DNA from: a virus
Taxonomy: Duplodnaviria; Caudoviricetes
IMG/VR virus record: IMGVR_UViG_3300022173_000002
Location: 1-38,191 of that record
DNA: 38,191 nt
Reading direction: 5' to 3' (one strand)
The position numbers and the translations under genes were made by a program. The notes beneath the pieces are model-generated. The model was given only the letters and a program-made list of their open reading frames with translations. It was not told the origin of the DNA and did no database searches. The number at the start of each line of letters is the position of its first letter. The stretch's first letter is position 1. Positions 27,075 through 36,016 of this stretch are shown here, piece by piece.

Positions 27075-28671
27075 CTACTTCGTTGAACACCTGATCTTTG
27101 TGCTTCAAGGCTTCTTCGTAAGGGACTCCGGTGAGGGGTTGACCTCCTCGACTACCATCTGCATAGCATGTAAAGCCTCGAAGTCTAGGGGCATATTTCG
27201 CAAGAACCTCTGCAAACGATCCAACCTTGCTCTCATTGTTATCTTTTGATCCCCAAGCTGGGAGATTAATTGTTGATGAGATTGACATGTCAACGTAATC
27301 TTGTATGTCCGCTTGGAATTTAATTCGTTGCTCATAATTAGTACTTAGGTCAAGGGCTGATTCAATGGAGTCTGGGGAAACTCCGAAGTCGTCAATGAGA
27401 GTTTTTGCAGTTCCGTCAACAACAAACTGATATTTCCATTTAGTTCCTTCAGTAAGGAATCGACGCTTGTAAGCAACTGCAAAGAGGGGTTCGATTCCAG
27501 TTGTTGTGCCAGCAAGAATTCCAATCGAGCCAGTTGGTGCAATGGCGCGGTAGGCCACTGGTCGTGAGATGTAAAACCTGTCACAATGTTCGTTGGCAGA
27601 GCGTTCTGATTCATCTTTATAAACTTTCAACCATTGGTGGAGTTCGGGGGTAACTTCGTATTTGTACTTTCGTTTGAGGAGCCACTCATGGATGCCCATA
27701 AGTCCAAGTCCAAGCCTGCGGTTCTGCTCTCTAACCCTATAGACCTTTTCATAAGGTAAGTCGGCTCGTAGGGTACCACAAACAAGGAACTTCGAGGCGA
27801 GGCTAACAACGTCTTGGAACTCCTGCAAAGAAGAAATATTGCCGAGATTGACACTTCCAAGATTGCATACATCAGAATCATCCTCTGACGTAACTTCAGT
27901 ACAGGCGTTCCGTAAGGTTTCATTTTGTTTATCACCAAAGTTAAACGAGAAGCCGGGCTCACTAGTTTCCAGAGCCTGACGTACGTTTTTCAAGAAGATT
28001 GGATTGTTCTCCAACCCACCAACCAACGAAGCATCGTCGTAGTTGACAGAGATGTTAGTCATATCCAAAGGTGCAGCGGCATTGAAGTCGGCTAGCTTCC
28101 TAGCTTTAACATCATCAGACCAATTCTTGCTTCCAAGGAATTCATGGACATCTTCATGTTGCCAATTAAGGCTTGCATAGATTGCAGATCGTCGACTGCC
28201 TCCTTGCATGACGTTACGCCCGATTTCATTGATTGCATACATAAGCGGGATAGGTCCGCTTGCTGTGCCTCCAGTACGGCTAAGTGCCTTACCAGCCGGT
28301 CGTAGTCTGCTATAGTCAATTCCAATACCTCCGCCAGTCATAAGACAAGACATTGCCCGCCATGTTACGTTACTCCACTCTTCGCGGGTGTCTTCTTCTG
28401 CGCGGAGCAAGTAACAGTTATTGTAAGCCTTATAGGGCCGGCCAGCGTAGTACAGGTAACGACCTCCGGGAAGAAATCGCATAGTTCTAATGTGCTCTGT
28501 AAGGTCTTTGCGATCTGACTCTGACATAAGAGCCGTCGTTGTTCCTCCACGTGTTCCGGCAACATCGTCAACCAGTCTTTCGGCCAGCTTATCCCAAGTG
28601 TCTGCTGGACCCTGTGCATATTTGAATCGGAAGATGTTTTCACCAAAGGCATTCCTAAAGCGTTGAGTCAT
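27028..28671 (-). CDS. nrdJ: Ribonucleotide reductase, class II (adenosylcobalamin-dependent), compact
   Basis: FLPGGRYL, NNCYLL, GGGIG, RRSA, NACTE active-site loop, VCNLGS, IAPTGS, C-terminal Cys pair; no beta-subunit gene adjacent. Confidence 0.88.
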   Translation of the reverse strand: MTQRFRNAFGENIFRFKYAQGPADTWDKLAERLVDDVAGTRGGTTTALMSESDRKDLTEHIRTMRFLPGGRYLYYAGRPYKAYNNCYLLRAEEDTREEWSNVTWRAMSCLMTGGGIGIDYSRLRPAGKALSRTGGTASGPIPLMYAINEIGRNVMQGGSRRSAIYASLNWQHEDVHEFLGSKNWSDDVKARKLADFNAAAPLDMTNISVNYDDASLVGGLENNPIFLKNVRQALETSEPGFSFNFGDKQNETLRNACTEVTSEDDSDVCNLGSVNLGNISSLQEFQDVVSLASKFLVCGTLRADLPYEKVYRVREQNRRLGLGLMGIHEWLLKRKYKYEVTPELHQWLKVYKDESERSANEHCDRFYISRPVAYRAIAPTGSIGILAGTTTGIEPLFAVAYKRRFLTEGTKWKYQFVVDGTAKTLIDDFGVSPDSIESALDLSTNYEQRIKFQADIQDYVDMSISSTINLPAWGSKDNNESKVGSFAEVLAKYAPRLRGFTCYADGSRGGQPLTGVPYEEALKHKDQVFNEVVDICDLTGHGGSCGV

Positions 28672-28844
28672 ATTTTAGTTATTTTAATTTCAGGTTTGTT
28701 GCTCCCAGTGAGAGCTTCAAGTTGTTTTCGTTTAATGTCGTCGTTAAGACGGCAGATTTCACAGACTCCCTTACGCATCCACATCCTGTGCATAGGGCAC
28801 TTGTGAGGACTAGTCAGCTTCTCTATCGGTAAGGGTTTTGTCAT
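28668..28844 (-). CDS. Small CxxH/CxxC zinc-binding protein (58 aa; not in ORF track)
   Basis: MTKPLPIEKLTSPHKCPMHRMWMRKGVCEICRL...; stop overlaps the RNR ATG. Confidence 0.6.
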   Translation of the reverse strand: MTKPLPIEKLTSPHKCPMHRMWMRKGVCEICRLNDDIKRKQLEALTGSNKPEIKITKI

Positions 28845-28971
28845 GGTTAGTTTTCTTCCACTGCTCTAACTCTTTTTTAGACTCAGCTTCTTCTAGTAGG
28901 CGTTGCAAGTAGGACTTCTTACAGCCCTGCTCATCGACAGGCAGACTGGAGTTCTTGTTTATTTTCTTCAA
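28810..28971 (-). CDS. Small hypothetical protein (53 aa; not in ORF track)
   Basis: TTG start; ...KKSYLQRLLEEAESKKELEQWK...; fills the gap between neighbouring ORFs. Confidence 0.45.
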   Translation of the reverse strand: MKKINKNSSLPVDEQGCKKSYLQRLLEEAESKKELEQWKKTNHDKTLTDREAD

Positions 28972-29080
28972 TTTCTTCTTCTAGTTTTTCTACTAAGTCC
29001 GACATGTCAAGACCAAGAATGTCTAGCAACTCTAGAACATCTAGCTTGTGGATGATTTCTTGTTTCAGTTCATCGTTCAT
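28931..29080 (-). CDS. Small acidic hypothetical protein (49 aa; not in ORF track)
   Basis: MNDELKQEIIHKLDVLELLDILGLDMSDLVEKLEEEIEENK... Confidence 0.65.
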   Translation of the reverse strand: MNDELKQEIIHKLDVLELLDILGLDMSDLVEKLEEEIEENKQELQSACR

Positions 29081-29399
29081 CGCCATTCCCACTCAGTACA
29101 CCACGCTCCTGTCGGTCTAGGAGTTTCACGACATTGATTTCCGCAACGTCTTGTAAAGAAATACCAAGCTCGTTAGCACATCGAGTAAGATACCACAGAA
29201 CATCACCAAGCTCTTTAGCAGCAAGAGGCTTATCCAGCTTACCGTCCCTAATGAGTTTCTTGATTTTCTCTGAATACTCACCTGCCTCACCAGTGAGCCC
29301 CAAAGCACAGTAGGCAAGCGCCATTGGAGTTCCACGGCCAGCTTCAGGATAGATAGAGAATTTGCTAATAAGCTTCTCATACTCATAGAATGATTTCAT
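29070..29399 (-). CDS. MazG-like nucleoside triphosphate pyrophosphohydrolase
   Basis: LGLTGEAGEYSEKIKK...KELGDVLWYL...N..KL.DR..RG motif. Confidence 0.88.
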   Translation of the reverse strand: MKSFYEYEKLISKFSIYPEAGRGTPMALAYCALGLTGEAGEYSEKIKKLIRDGKLDKPLAAKELGDVLWYLTRCANELGISLQDVAEINVVKLLDRQERGVLSGNGDER

Positions 29400-29764
29400 T
29401 TAGTGGGTTTCCAAATATCGTTAAAGCCAGTATACATTTCCGGGTGCTTCGTAAAGTTACTTAGGAACATCCAGTTGCAGCCAATATGGTCAATATGGGG
29501 TTTACCTGACTCGGGGTCAATGTCCTCACCACGCTGAATTGCTGCAATATGTCGAAGCATAGAGCCTAGTGTCTCTGAATAGCTAAGACCATTACGCCAA
29601 TTATGAGCAGCATACTTCTTAGCCCCAAAGGTGAGAACTTCTGCTAAACCTTGCAAGGCATCAGCATCAATGAGGTCCATTCGTGCTTTAGCCTCATTAA
29701 ACCGCATACCTTTCTCGGGCTGCTTATAGCCTTTCATATCCTTAATATCGTGTTCGTTAATCAT
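29396..29764 (-). CDS. dATP/dGTP diphosphohydrolase domain protein (DUF5664-like)
   Basis: K.RMDLI...VLTFGAKKYAAHNWRNG...LRH...GEDIDPESGKPHIDH motif. Confidence 0.85.
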   Translation of the reverse strand: MINEHDIKDMKGYKQPEKGMRFNEAKARMDLIDADALQGLAEVLTFGAKKYAAHNWRNGLSYSETLGSMLRHIAAIQRGEDIDPESGKPHIDHIGCNWMFLSNFTKHPEMYTGFNDIWKPTK

Positions 29765-30525
29765 TTGTATTTACGATTTAAATAATCTAGAGAGACATAC
29801 ATCTCATCGAAAGCTCCGTCATTGACTTCATGCAAGACTAGGAATCCACGCCAGTGTTTATTACCTTGTGGACCCAAATAGTCTTCGTCATGCTCATAGA
29901 AGCTACCAGCAATGATTGAGGTTACTGTTTTCCCGTCAGCCCTTGTAGCATACGCAACTTGCTTACCTTGCTGATGACCAGCGATGCAAGACATGTTAGC
30001 TTTACGCAACTGTGCCGCAGCAGTAGCAGCGGGCCTACCAGCAACACCTGTAACAAAATAATGGCTGTAAGCAATACCATCGACCACAACAACGTCAAGG
30101 AAAGGATGGACATCCCAACCAAAGCCTCGATATTGAAGATCGTCCACCGAAAGAACTCCCTCCAATTGGGGAGAGTCGTTAACCGCTCGGTTAATGCGGT
30201 TTTCATGATTTCCCAGAGTAAGGATAAGTTCAGGACGGTATTGCTTTTCTTTATTACGTTTAGCACGGTCGTTGTAGTTCCATAAAGGGGTTAAGAGGGC
30301 TACCATAGCCTCGTGGGAAGCTTCAATGTCAGCCTTGTACCGACGACCCTCAAATGATTTTTTACCTTGGTCGTAGCTGGACAAACTTTCCATATCAGCA
30401 AAATCACCGATACAGATGATTTTGTCAGGCTGTTTCTCTACAATGTAGCGACCTAGCTTGTTCAGGTAAGTGAAGTCCTTACCCGGCTTGGCCTGTACGT
30501 CCGGCAGCACCAAATGAGTAGTCAT
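29761..30525 (-). CDS. Metallophosphoesterase (calcineurin-like)
   Basis: LPDVQ, IGDFAD, LGNHE, SHY, GHQQ motifs. Confidence 0.85.
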   Translation of the reverse strand: MTTHLVLPDVQAKPGKDFTYLNKLGRYIVEKQPDKIICIGDFADMESLSSYDQGKKSFEGRRYKADIEASHEAMVALLTPLWNYNDRAKRNKEKQYRPELILTLGNHENRINRAVNDSPQLEGVLSVDDLQYRGFGWDVHPFLDVVVVDGIAYSHYFVTGVAGRPAATAAAQLRKANMSCIAGHQQGKQVAYATRADGKTVTSIIAGSFYEHDEDYLGPQGNKHWRGFLVLHEVNDGAFDEMYVSLDYLNRKYK

Positions 30526-30932
30526 TTATAAGTCTCCATAACCCACTTGGCGAACAAAAGAAGTTCTTCTTTAGTTGCAGTAAACTTCATGCTATTGGCT
30601 TTGTGGCTAATCACTTGAACATTTCCTTTTACATACCCTTTAGTAGGATCAATCCGGTCTAAAGAAAAACTATTGTCTTTCCCGCCTGCGCCTGTATCTT
30701 GATTGTAGACGAGTTCAATACCAAGAATCGGGCAGTGAGTTAGAACTACATAATCATCTTTTGTAATAGAGAACTCAATACCACGTTTCTTAGCTCTACA
30801 TTTAGCTACTGAGGCCAGCCTAGAACCTACATTTGCAACACACCAGTCTTTATAATACTGCTTGTTTTCATGGTAGTGTTTCTTATTCCGCTCTCTGTTT
30901 TTTTGTTTTGTTGCTTCTGATAGGTGAATCAT
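30522..30932 (-). CDS. HNH homing endonuclease
   Basis: CPILGI...SLDRIDPTKGYVKGNVQVISHKANSMK motif. Confidence 0.85.
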   Translation of the reverse strand: MIHLSEATKQKNRERNKKHYHENKQYYKDWCVANVGSRLASVAKCRAKKRGIEFSITKDDYVVLTHCPILGIELVYNQDTGAGGKDNSFSLDRIDPTKGYVKGNVQVISHKANSMKFTATKEELLLFAKWVMETYK

Positions 30933-31120
30933 CAGTCGTGTTTCTTTCCTTGAGTGTATAACTTACCCATACGCTCCTGAAACAAATGTGCTTGTACTTG
31001 TAAAGCCATTAGTTCGTTATACTCAGTCTCATCAATTTCAATCTCAAGGTCTGAGTATGCTTTATCCTGTCCAATGTCAAACCAAGGATACCACTCATCT
31101 CTGTTTACATAAGCAATCAC
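30932..31120 (-). CDS. Hypothetical protein
   Basis: GTG start with GGAG RBS; coupled to both neighbours. Confidence 0.6.
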   Translation of the reverse strand: MIAYVNRDEWYPWFDIGQDKAYSDLEIEIDETEYNELMALQVQAHLFQERMGKLYTQGKKHD

Positions 31121-31287
31121 TGTAATGTCTCTCCTTCGGTATCATCTGCCATCTGTACTGGTAAGCGGCCTGTTTGGAGCAGCATGGCAAGCCCAAGAGT
31201 GATGATGTGATCTAGTTCTTCTTCTGATACTTCACCTACAAAATGGACTGTGCCCATAGGCAATTCAATTTCTTTATCGATTTTCAT
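31117..31287 (-). CDS. Small hypothetical protein (56 aa; not in ORF track)
   Basis: MKIDKEIELPMGTVHFVGEVSEEELDHIITLGL...; stop overlaps next GTG. Confidence 0.6.
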   Translation of the reverse strand: MKIDKEIELPMGTVHFVGEVSEEELDHIITLGLAMLLQTGRLPVQMADDTEGETLQ

Positions 31288-31678
31288 GTCGTGTTACCTT
31301 CTCTGAGGCAGTTTTTATCTTGTGACAAGATTTACAAATGGCTTGTAGGTTATCAGCTTCACAGAATAGGTTGTCTATGAATACGTCCCAACTCTCAAAT
31401 CCTTTTGCCGGATCAACCACAGGTTTGATGTGGTCAACTTCCATGTCTTTTTGTGTAAATTCATTTAGACACAACTCACAGCGATAATGCTGTGCCAGTC
31501 TACCTGTCTTTACGTTAGTTTTCTTTTCTGTCTTAGCAGCGTTAAGTGTTGAATACTTAGGCTGCCAGCGGCGGGCTCCTGCTCGGAGCGTTGACGTTAC
31601 AAAAGAGTTGAATCGTCCAGCGGTCCATGACCCTCCATTGTACTCTGTGCGAGTAGTTGATTTCCTTTTTCCAGCCAA
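31274..31678 (-). CDS. HNH endonuclease of the replication module
   Basis: CELC...EVDHIKPV...NLQAICKSCHKIKT. Confidence 0.85.
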   Translation of the reverse strand: MAGKRKSTTRTEYNGGSWTAGRFNSFVTSTLRAGARRWQPKYSTLNAAKTEKKTNVKTGRLAQHYRCELCLNEFTQKDMEVDHIKPVVDPAKGFESWDVFIDNLFCEADNLQAICKSCHKIKTASEKVTRHENR

Positions 31679-32349
31679 TTATCCTCCGGGTATCGTTGCA
31701 TCCAGAGACAAGCACCATTGATTAGCATACGCCCATCATCACCATACATCTCTCTGACTGCGTTAAACAAATCAATCTCACTGTCCATTTCTTTCATCTC
31801 GTCATACTTGCTGTACAAGAACTGAGGAACCTTATCCCTGACCTTACCATCGTATCCGAAGATGTTGTCAGCTTTATCCCCCATAACAAATTGCCAGTAG
31901 AAACGAAAAAGCCCCTCTTTGGGGCTAATGGTTTGCCTCGTCTGCTTTACGAAGTTGTAATGCTCACCGGGTACTTGCAAGAGGTCCTTGTCAATAGTGC
32001 AGATGATTGTATTGTCTGGACTAGCTGTCATCTCAATGGACATGAGGTCATCTGCCTCGCATCCTTCTGAAACTTTAGCCTTCCAGACACTCACCATATG
32101 CTCTTGACAGATGGACAGCCACTTTGGTTTGGGCTTGTCTTGTCGGTGGGCTTTGTACTGCGGATAGACCTTGTATCTAAAGTTGTCACTGCCTGTAAGG
32201 TAGGCTGAATAACTCTCTGCGTTTAGTTCATGCAAGATGCGGCCCATCAAGTCGTCTACACGACTGAGGGCCACCATAGAGTCTTCATTCTCCGCACTAG
32301 CAGCACAACGGTAAACTACAATGTCACCGTCAATGCTTGCTAGAGGCAT
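31597..32349 (-). CDS. 5'-3' exonuclease / RNase H (T7 gp6-like)
   Basis: IDGDIVVY, NFRY..YPQYKAHR, EADD, DKDLLQVPG, GDKADNI motifs. Confidence 0.92.
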   Translation of the reverse strand: MPLASIDGDIVVYRCAASAENEDSMVALSRVDDLMGRILHELNAESYSAYLTGSDNFRYKVYPQYKAHRQDKPKPKWLSICQEHMVSVWKAKVSEGCEADDLMSIEMTASPDNTIICTIDKDLLQVPGEHYNFVKQTRQTISPKEGLFRFYWQFVMGDKADNIFGYDGKVRDKVPQFLYSKYDEMKEMDSEIDLFNAVREMYGDDGRMLINGACLWMQRYPEDNWLEKGNQLLAQSTMEGHGPLDDSTLL

Positions 32350-32951
32350 TAGACTACAGCAACATCGAAGTCAGGAAGGTCTTCAAAGCCACTTGGACCG
32401 GGGTCTTTGATGCCAAACACGTAGTTCTCATACTGCTGTGCCAACTCAATTACGTCAGCAGATTTAAGTGCCTTAGCACCAACAGACAGAGTACCGATAG
32501 CAGCACTAAGACTAGACTGACGGACAATGAGCACTTGCCGCTGTGCTCGTTCTTCTGGAGTTTCATAGGTGCTCCGTGGGGAGGCGTTTGCTTTCGCAGG
32601 GGTATCTCCTGCCGGTGCTGGAGCGCCATTACTCGGGACCACAGTTGTCCAATCATTATAACCTTTATCATTCTTAACAACAGTCACATCGTACGTTGCA
32701 CCATTTTGAGCATCCTTGAGGACAGTGAAAGCAGGCGCATTGACACCGAAGGACATAATTTTCTTAGACTCAACCTTACCTTGGTAGGTCAGGTTCTTGA
32801 ACACCACTTCAAGTTGCTGATAGCTGCCTTTGGCGGTTGGTTTGGTTTCTACGCTCGTAGTGACAATTTGAATTTGCATTTGTTTATTTTCTTTCGGTTC
32901 AGGGTCTTGGGTAAGGTGCCGAGTATTCTCAGCGTAATAATCAGAGTCCAT
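32349..32951 (-). CDS. Putative single-stranded DNA-binding protein
   Basis: Beta-rich N-domain, P/A linker, IVRQSSL motif, acidic aromatic tail FEDLPDFD; lies between pol and exonuclease. Confidence 0.55.
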   Translation of the reverse strand: MDSDYYAENTRHLTQDPEPKENKQMQIQIVTTSVETKPTAKGSYQQLEVVFKNLTYQGKVESKKIMSFGVNAPAFTVLKDAQNGATYDVTVVKNDKGYNDWTTVVPSNGAPAPAGDTPAKANASPRSTYETPEERAQRQVLIVRQSSLSAAIGTLSVGAKALKSADVIELAQQYENYVFGIKDPGPSGFEDLPDFDVAVV

Positions 32952-32957
32952 ACTTAT

Positions 32958-32987
32958 AGTATATCATACTGAAGGTTGCTTTGTCAA
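32958..32987 (-). promoter_or_regulatory. Sigma70-type promoter upstream of SSB candidate
   Basis: TTGACA-18 nt-TATACT with TGn; followed by ATAAGTAT, like the 537-550 promoter. Confidence 0.7.
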
Positions 32988-33178
32988 GCTTTTTTTGCTT
33001 CTTCGGCTCGTTGTCTAATCCCAATCAAGCAGTCTACAAAATCATCTGCTTTTGCTTTGTCTTGTGGAAGGTCAAAGTAGTAGCTACCATCAAACATTGT
33101 GTGCATTCTTCCTTTTCCTTGTTTGACCATAGCTCTATATCGTCCAGCGTCTAGTTTATCTTGCTCTGCTTCTGTCAT
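32984..33178 (-). CDS. Hypothetical protein
   Basis: ATGA overlap with pol C-terminal gene; DAGRYR motif. Confidence 0.6.
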   Translation of the reverse strand: MTEAEQDKLDAGRYRAMVKQGKGRMHTMFDGSYYFDLPQDKAKADDFVDCLIGIRQRAEEAKKA

Positions 33179-33891
33179 GCGAACTTCTTCATGTCTTTCA
33201 TGTTAACTCCATACTTGCTCTCACAAGCCATAGGGACAGTCCATTTGTAACCAAACACTTTCTGAATGTTCATAGGAATGTCCTTGAATACATCGTCAAA
33301 TACTCGGCGTAGGGGCTCTAGATACTTCTCGTCAGGGGTGTCAAGGACAATGGAGTCATGCACAGTAGAAATCCAGTCAGCCACAATTCCACGCTCTCGA
33401 ATACGGTTACGAGCACTAAGACGAGCCATAGTCATGATGTCGGCCCCGGTACCTTGAACTGGATAGTTACTAAGCGTGGTCCAAGGAACTTTAAGTTCTC
33501 CCCGCCTATCTCGATTAATAGGGATGAGCCATCCTCTCCCCATTGGGCCAACAATGGGCTCTCCCCGCATAACTCCCTGTGCCCATCGTTTGTGTGTAGC
33601 GTCAAGGTCGCTGTACTTGCCATAGAAGCGTTCATTCATCCCCTCCCAAAAGGTAGGATCAGAGCTAACATGCATAAAATCAGGATCGTTAGCAAATGAC
33701 CATCCTGAACCACGAAAAATCGTTCGGAACAGGAAAATTTTAGCAATGAGTCGTGAAGGTAATTGAAAAGCTGTTTGGTTTTTAGAATGAGTGTCTTCAC
33801 CATTGATGATTTCTTGTAAGCCTGTTTTATCTTGACTAAGCTCCAGAGCAACCCGCCATTCCAACTGGGAAGCATCACACTGGAACAGCAC
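33175..33891 (-). CDS. Family A DNA polymerase, C-terminal (palm/fingers) part
   Basis: Motif A CDASQLEWR, motif B RLIAKIFLF, NYPVQGTGAD, motif C VHDS. Confidence 0.92.
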   Translation of the reverse strand: MLFQCDASQLEWRVALELSQDKTGLQEIINGEDTHSKNQTAFQLPSRLIAKIFLFRTIFRGSGWSFANDPDFMHVSSDPTFWEGMNERFYGKYSDLDATHKRWAQGVMRGEPIVGPMGRGWLIPINRDRRGELKVPWTTLSNYPVQGTGADIMTMARLSARNRIRERGIVADWISTVHDSIVLDTPDEKYLEPLRRVFDDVFKDIPMNIQKVFGYKWTVPMACESKYGVNMKDMKKFA

Positions 33892-34081
33892 GGGGTTTAA
33901 AAAGCATTGGGACCTTCTTCATAGATTCTTGGTGGTTGTACTGAGCAACCATTTCCTCGTAATGCATTGGGTAGTGGGCCTTGAAGGCAGCTAAGAAGTG
34001 GCGGGCACCTTGTTGCTCAATAGCACAAGCAAGGTCAGCGTGTAGGTCGTCGTCGTGTAGTTTTTCTAGATCAGTGGGCAT
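33875..34081 (-). CDS. Hypothetical protein between the two polymerase halves
   Basis: GAGGT RBS plus ATG; stop overlaps the pol C-terminal gene start. Confidence 0.6.
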   Translation of the reverse strand: MPTDLEKLHDDDLHADLACAIEQQGARHFLAAFKAHYPMHYEEMVAQYNHQESMKKVPMLFKPRAVPV

Positions 34082-34189
34082 TTAATAATACCTCTTTATT
34101 TGACATTCTTTACCCATTTGTTATATTCTTCTGCGGCTAAGTCACTGGTCATCACATCCTCGTAGGTAATCGTTGGATGTTTAGGCCAA

Positions 34190-35302
34190 TTAGTATTTGG
34201 ATACAAAGATGTCTTGTAGTTCGGTTGCGAAGTTTTGGAGGTTGGGTTTCGACGACGAGAGCCGTCCGGTACGTGCGACAGTTTGTTGAAAGTTTCCATG
34301 TAAGAGTCCTTTAGGCCAGTCCATCTCTTCTCTGAGTTTTACTAGGCCACGGTAGTAGGTTCCATTAAGCTTCTCCATCTTGGCTAGTGTTAGTAGCAAA
34401 TCGACGTTGTGACGCTTTCCTTTCAGTTGACGTAGGGTAGCCTCATTCGTTGCATAGAAGCCTTCCTTAGCCAGTTCTGAGCCCTTGATGGGCTTGTAGA
34501 CTTGAGGTAGGGTGTGTTCAATGACAAGGTTCTGAAACTTGGGCTGTCCAGCTTTAATACCTGATTTGTAATAACCTACAAACTCCTTAGCATCTTCTTT
34601 AACCACGCCACCATAGAGAAAGGCAGACACATGATCGCCAGAGTTAAAGTTAATAGGGACGTTGGGATAGACGGCAGCGAGTTCTGTTTTGATTTCTTGT
34701 ATTTTTGCATCCAACTGCTCTGCTCTTGAGTGGCAGAGTTCTTCATCAAAAGGGATACCACAGGCTTCCATCTCCCTGAGAATGGACATGTCCTGACTCT
34801 GAAGCCTACACAAAGCTACTTGTGCCCTAGTCATCAGTTGGTATTGCTTTAGGTAGCACTGTAGGGTTAGGTAGGCATCATGGGTGGCATACTCTTGTAG
34901 CACAGGCCAAGGAATATCTTTGGTGTCAATTCCCTTGTCCCAATACTCCAGCTTAATCACATCCAGCTTTGCAGGTAGGCCGTGTGTCTCACACACTTCG
35001 TTTAGAGACAGGTAAGGCCGTGTCTGGTAGGATAGGATGAACTCAGCGATCTGTACGTCCCACACTTTAGCAGAGTTGTACGTGATGCCTTCTTTGTTTA
35101 ACCACTGTAGGTCAAACTTACCATTGAAGGTGATGAGTAGGTCAGCCCCATCAATTAGCTGCTGTAGGTTACCTTGACCCCATAGATGGGCGTCAGAGTG
35201 TTCCGTGGTCGCATATGACCAGCAAACAAGCTCATTACGCTTGTCGAACGGATGGCCTTTGTTGTAGGTTGTAGTTTCTGTGTCAACTGCCAATAAGTTC
35301 AC
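34190..35302 (-). CDS. Family A DNA polymerase, N-terminal part (3'-5' exonuclease, thumb, start of palm)
   Basis: ExoI VDTET, ExoII FNGKFD, ExoIII YATHD; ends TGRLSSSKPNLQNF...IFVSKY. Confidence 0.92.
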   Translation of the reverse strand: MNLLAVDTETTTYNKGHPFDKRNELVCWSYATTEHSDAHLWGQGNLQQLIDGADLLITFNGKFDLQWLNKEGITYNSAKVWDVQIAEFILSYQTRPYLSLNEVCETHGLPAKLDVIKLEYWDKGIDTKDIPWPVLQEYATHDAYLTLQCYLKQYQLMTRAQVALCRLQSQDMSILREMEACGIPFDEELCHSRAEQLDAKIQEIKTELAAVYPNVPINFNSGDHVSAFLYGGVVKEDAKEFVGYYKSGIKAGQPKFQNLVIEHTLPQVYKPIKGSELAKEGFYATNEATLRQLKGKRHNVDLLLTLAKMEKLNGTYYRGLVKLREEMDWPKGLLHGNFQQTVARTGRLSSSKPNLQNFATELQDIFVSKY

Positions 35303-35816
35303 GAATCTCCTGTAAACTAATTAATGCTCTACCTTTAAGAGCAAAGACATTCTCTACACAGCAGTTGAAGTATCGATTGTCTTTCATAGTATCACCAATC
35401 CATTCACTATGGGGGTTTTCTACTTGGATCGTAGCATAATGCACATGACCATGAAGGTTTATTTTACCACGTAGTTCTGCAGGATGAATTGGGGCATGTG
35501 ACAGCCAGAACTCTTTGTACTTTTTGAGTCCGTAAACAGCATCAAAGTATTTCAGGTATACCTGTGTGTCTAACTCATCGTGGTTACCCCGTACAAGAAA
35601 CTTACGTGCTCCGGGTAAAGAAGCAAACTCTTCTACTGTACCCATAGTAAAGGCAGCGTCGCCTAGTACATATACATCGTCTCGTTTTGTTACAACAGCA
35701 TTCCAATCCTGAATAATTTTTTTACGGTTGTCTTCTTCATCTTTGATATGATGTCGAAACTTTTGGATGTTCTTGTGCCCAAAATGAAGATCACTACAAA
35801 ACCATACGTTAGCCAT
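35283..35816 (-). CDS. Metallophosphoesterase (calcineurin-like)
   Basis: SDLHFGH, LGD, GNHD, SHAP, HGHVH motifs. Confidence 0.88.
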   Translation of the reverse strand: MANVWFCSDLHFGHKNIQKFRHHIKDEEDNRKKIIQDWNAVVTKRDDVYVLGDAAFTMGTVEEFASLPGARKFLVRGNHDELDTQVYLKYFDAVYGLKKYKEFWLSHAPIHPAELRGKINLHGHVHYATIQVENPHSEWIGDTMKDNRYFNCCVENVFALKGRALISLQEIRELIGS

Positions 35817-35818
35817 AA

Positions 35819-36016
35819 TTACTGGTCATAGTACATCACCGGAACAATACCAAACACATATTCAGTGATGTTCTTATCCAGAAAGTTCTGCTGACACTCA
35901 CCTGAATAGTTGTCTGCTGACTCTGCTGTCAGGAAGGCAGCAATGGGAACCTCATTGTGGTTGAGGTCTTTACGGATGACAAGGAATAGGTTGTTTTTAG
36001 ATTTAAGTTTCATCAA
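35819..36016 (-). CDS. Hypothetical protein
   Basis: ORF within the coupled replication operon. Confidence 0.55.
   Translation of the reverse strand: MMKLKSKNNLFLVIRKDLNHNEVPIAAFLTAESADNYSGECQQNFLDKNITEYVFGIVPVMYYDQ

Noticed and set aside
29070-29764. 2-aminoadenine (Z-genome) pathway
   Set aside because: No PurZ/adenylosuccinate-synthetase-like gene in the window; DUF5664 and MazG alone are insufficient.
33892-34189. Group I intron or translational bypass joining the polymerase halves
   Set aside because: No recognisable group I core elements or homing nuclease; the gap is filled by RBS-bearing ORFs and the C-half has its own coupled start. Not formally excluded without RT-PCR.
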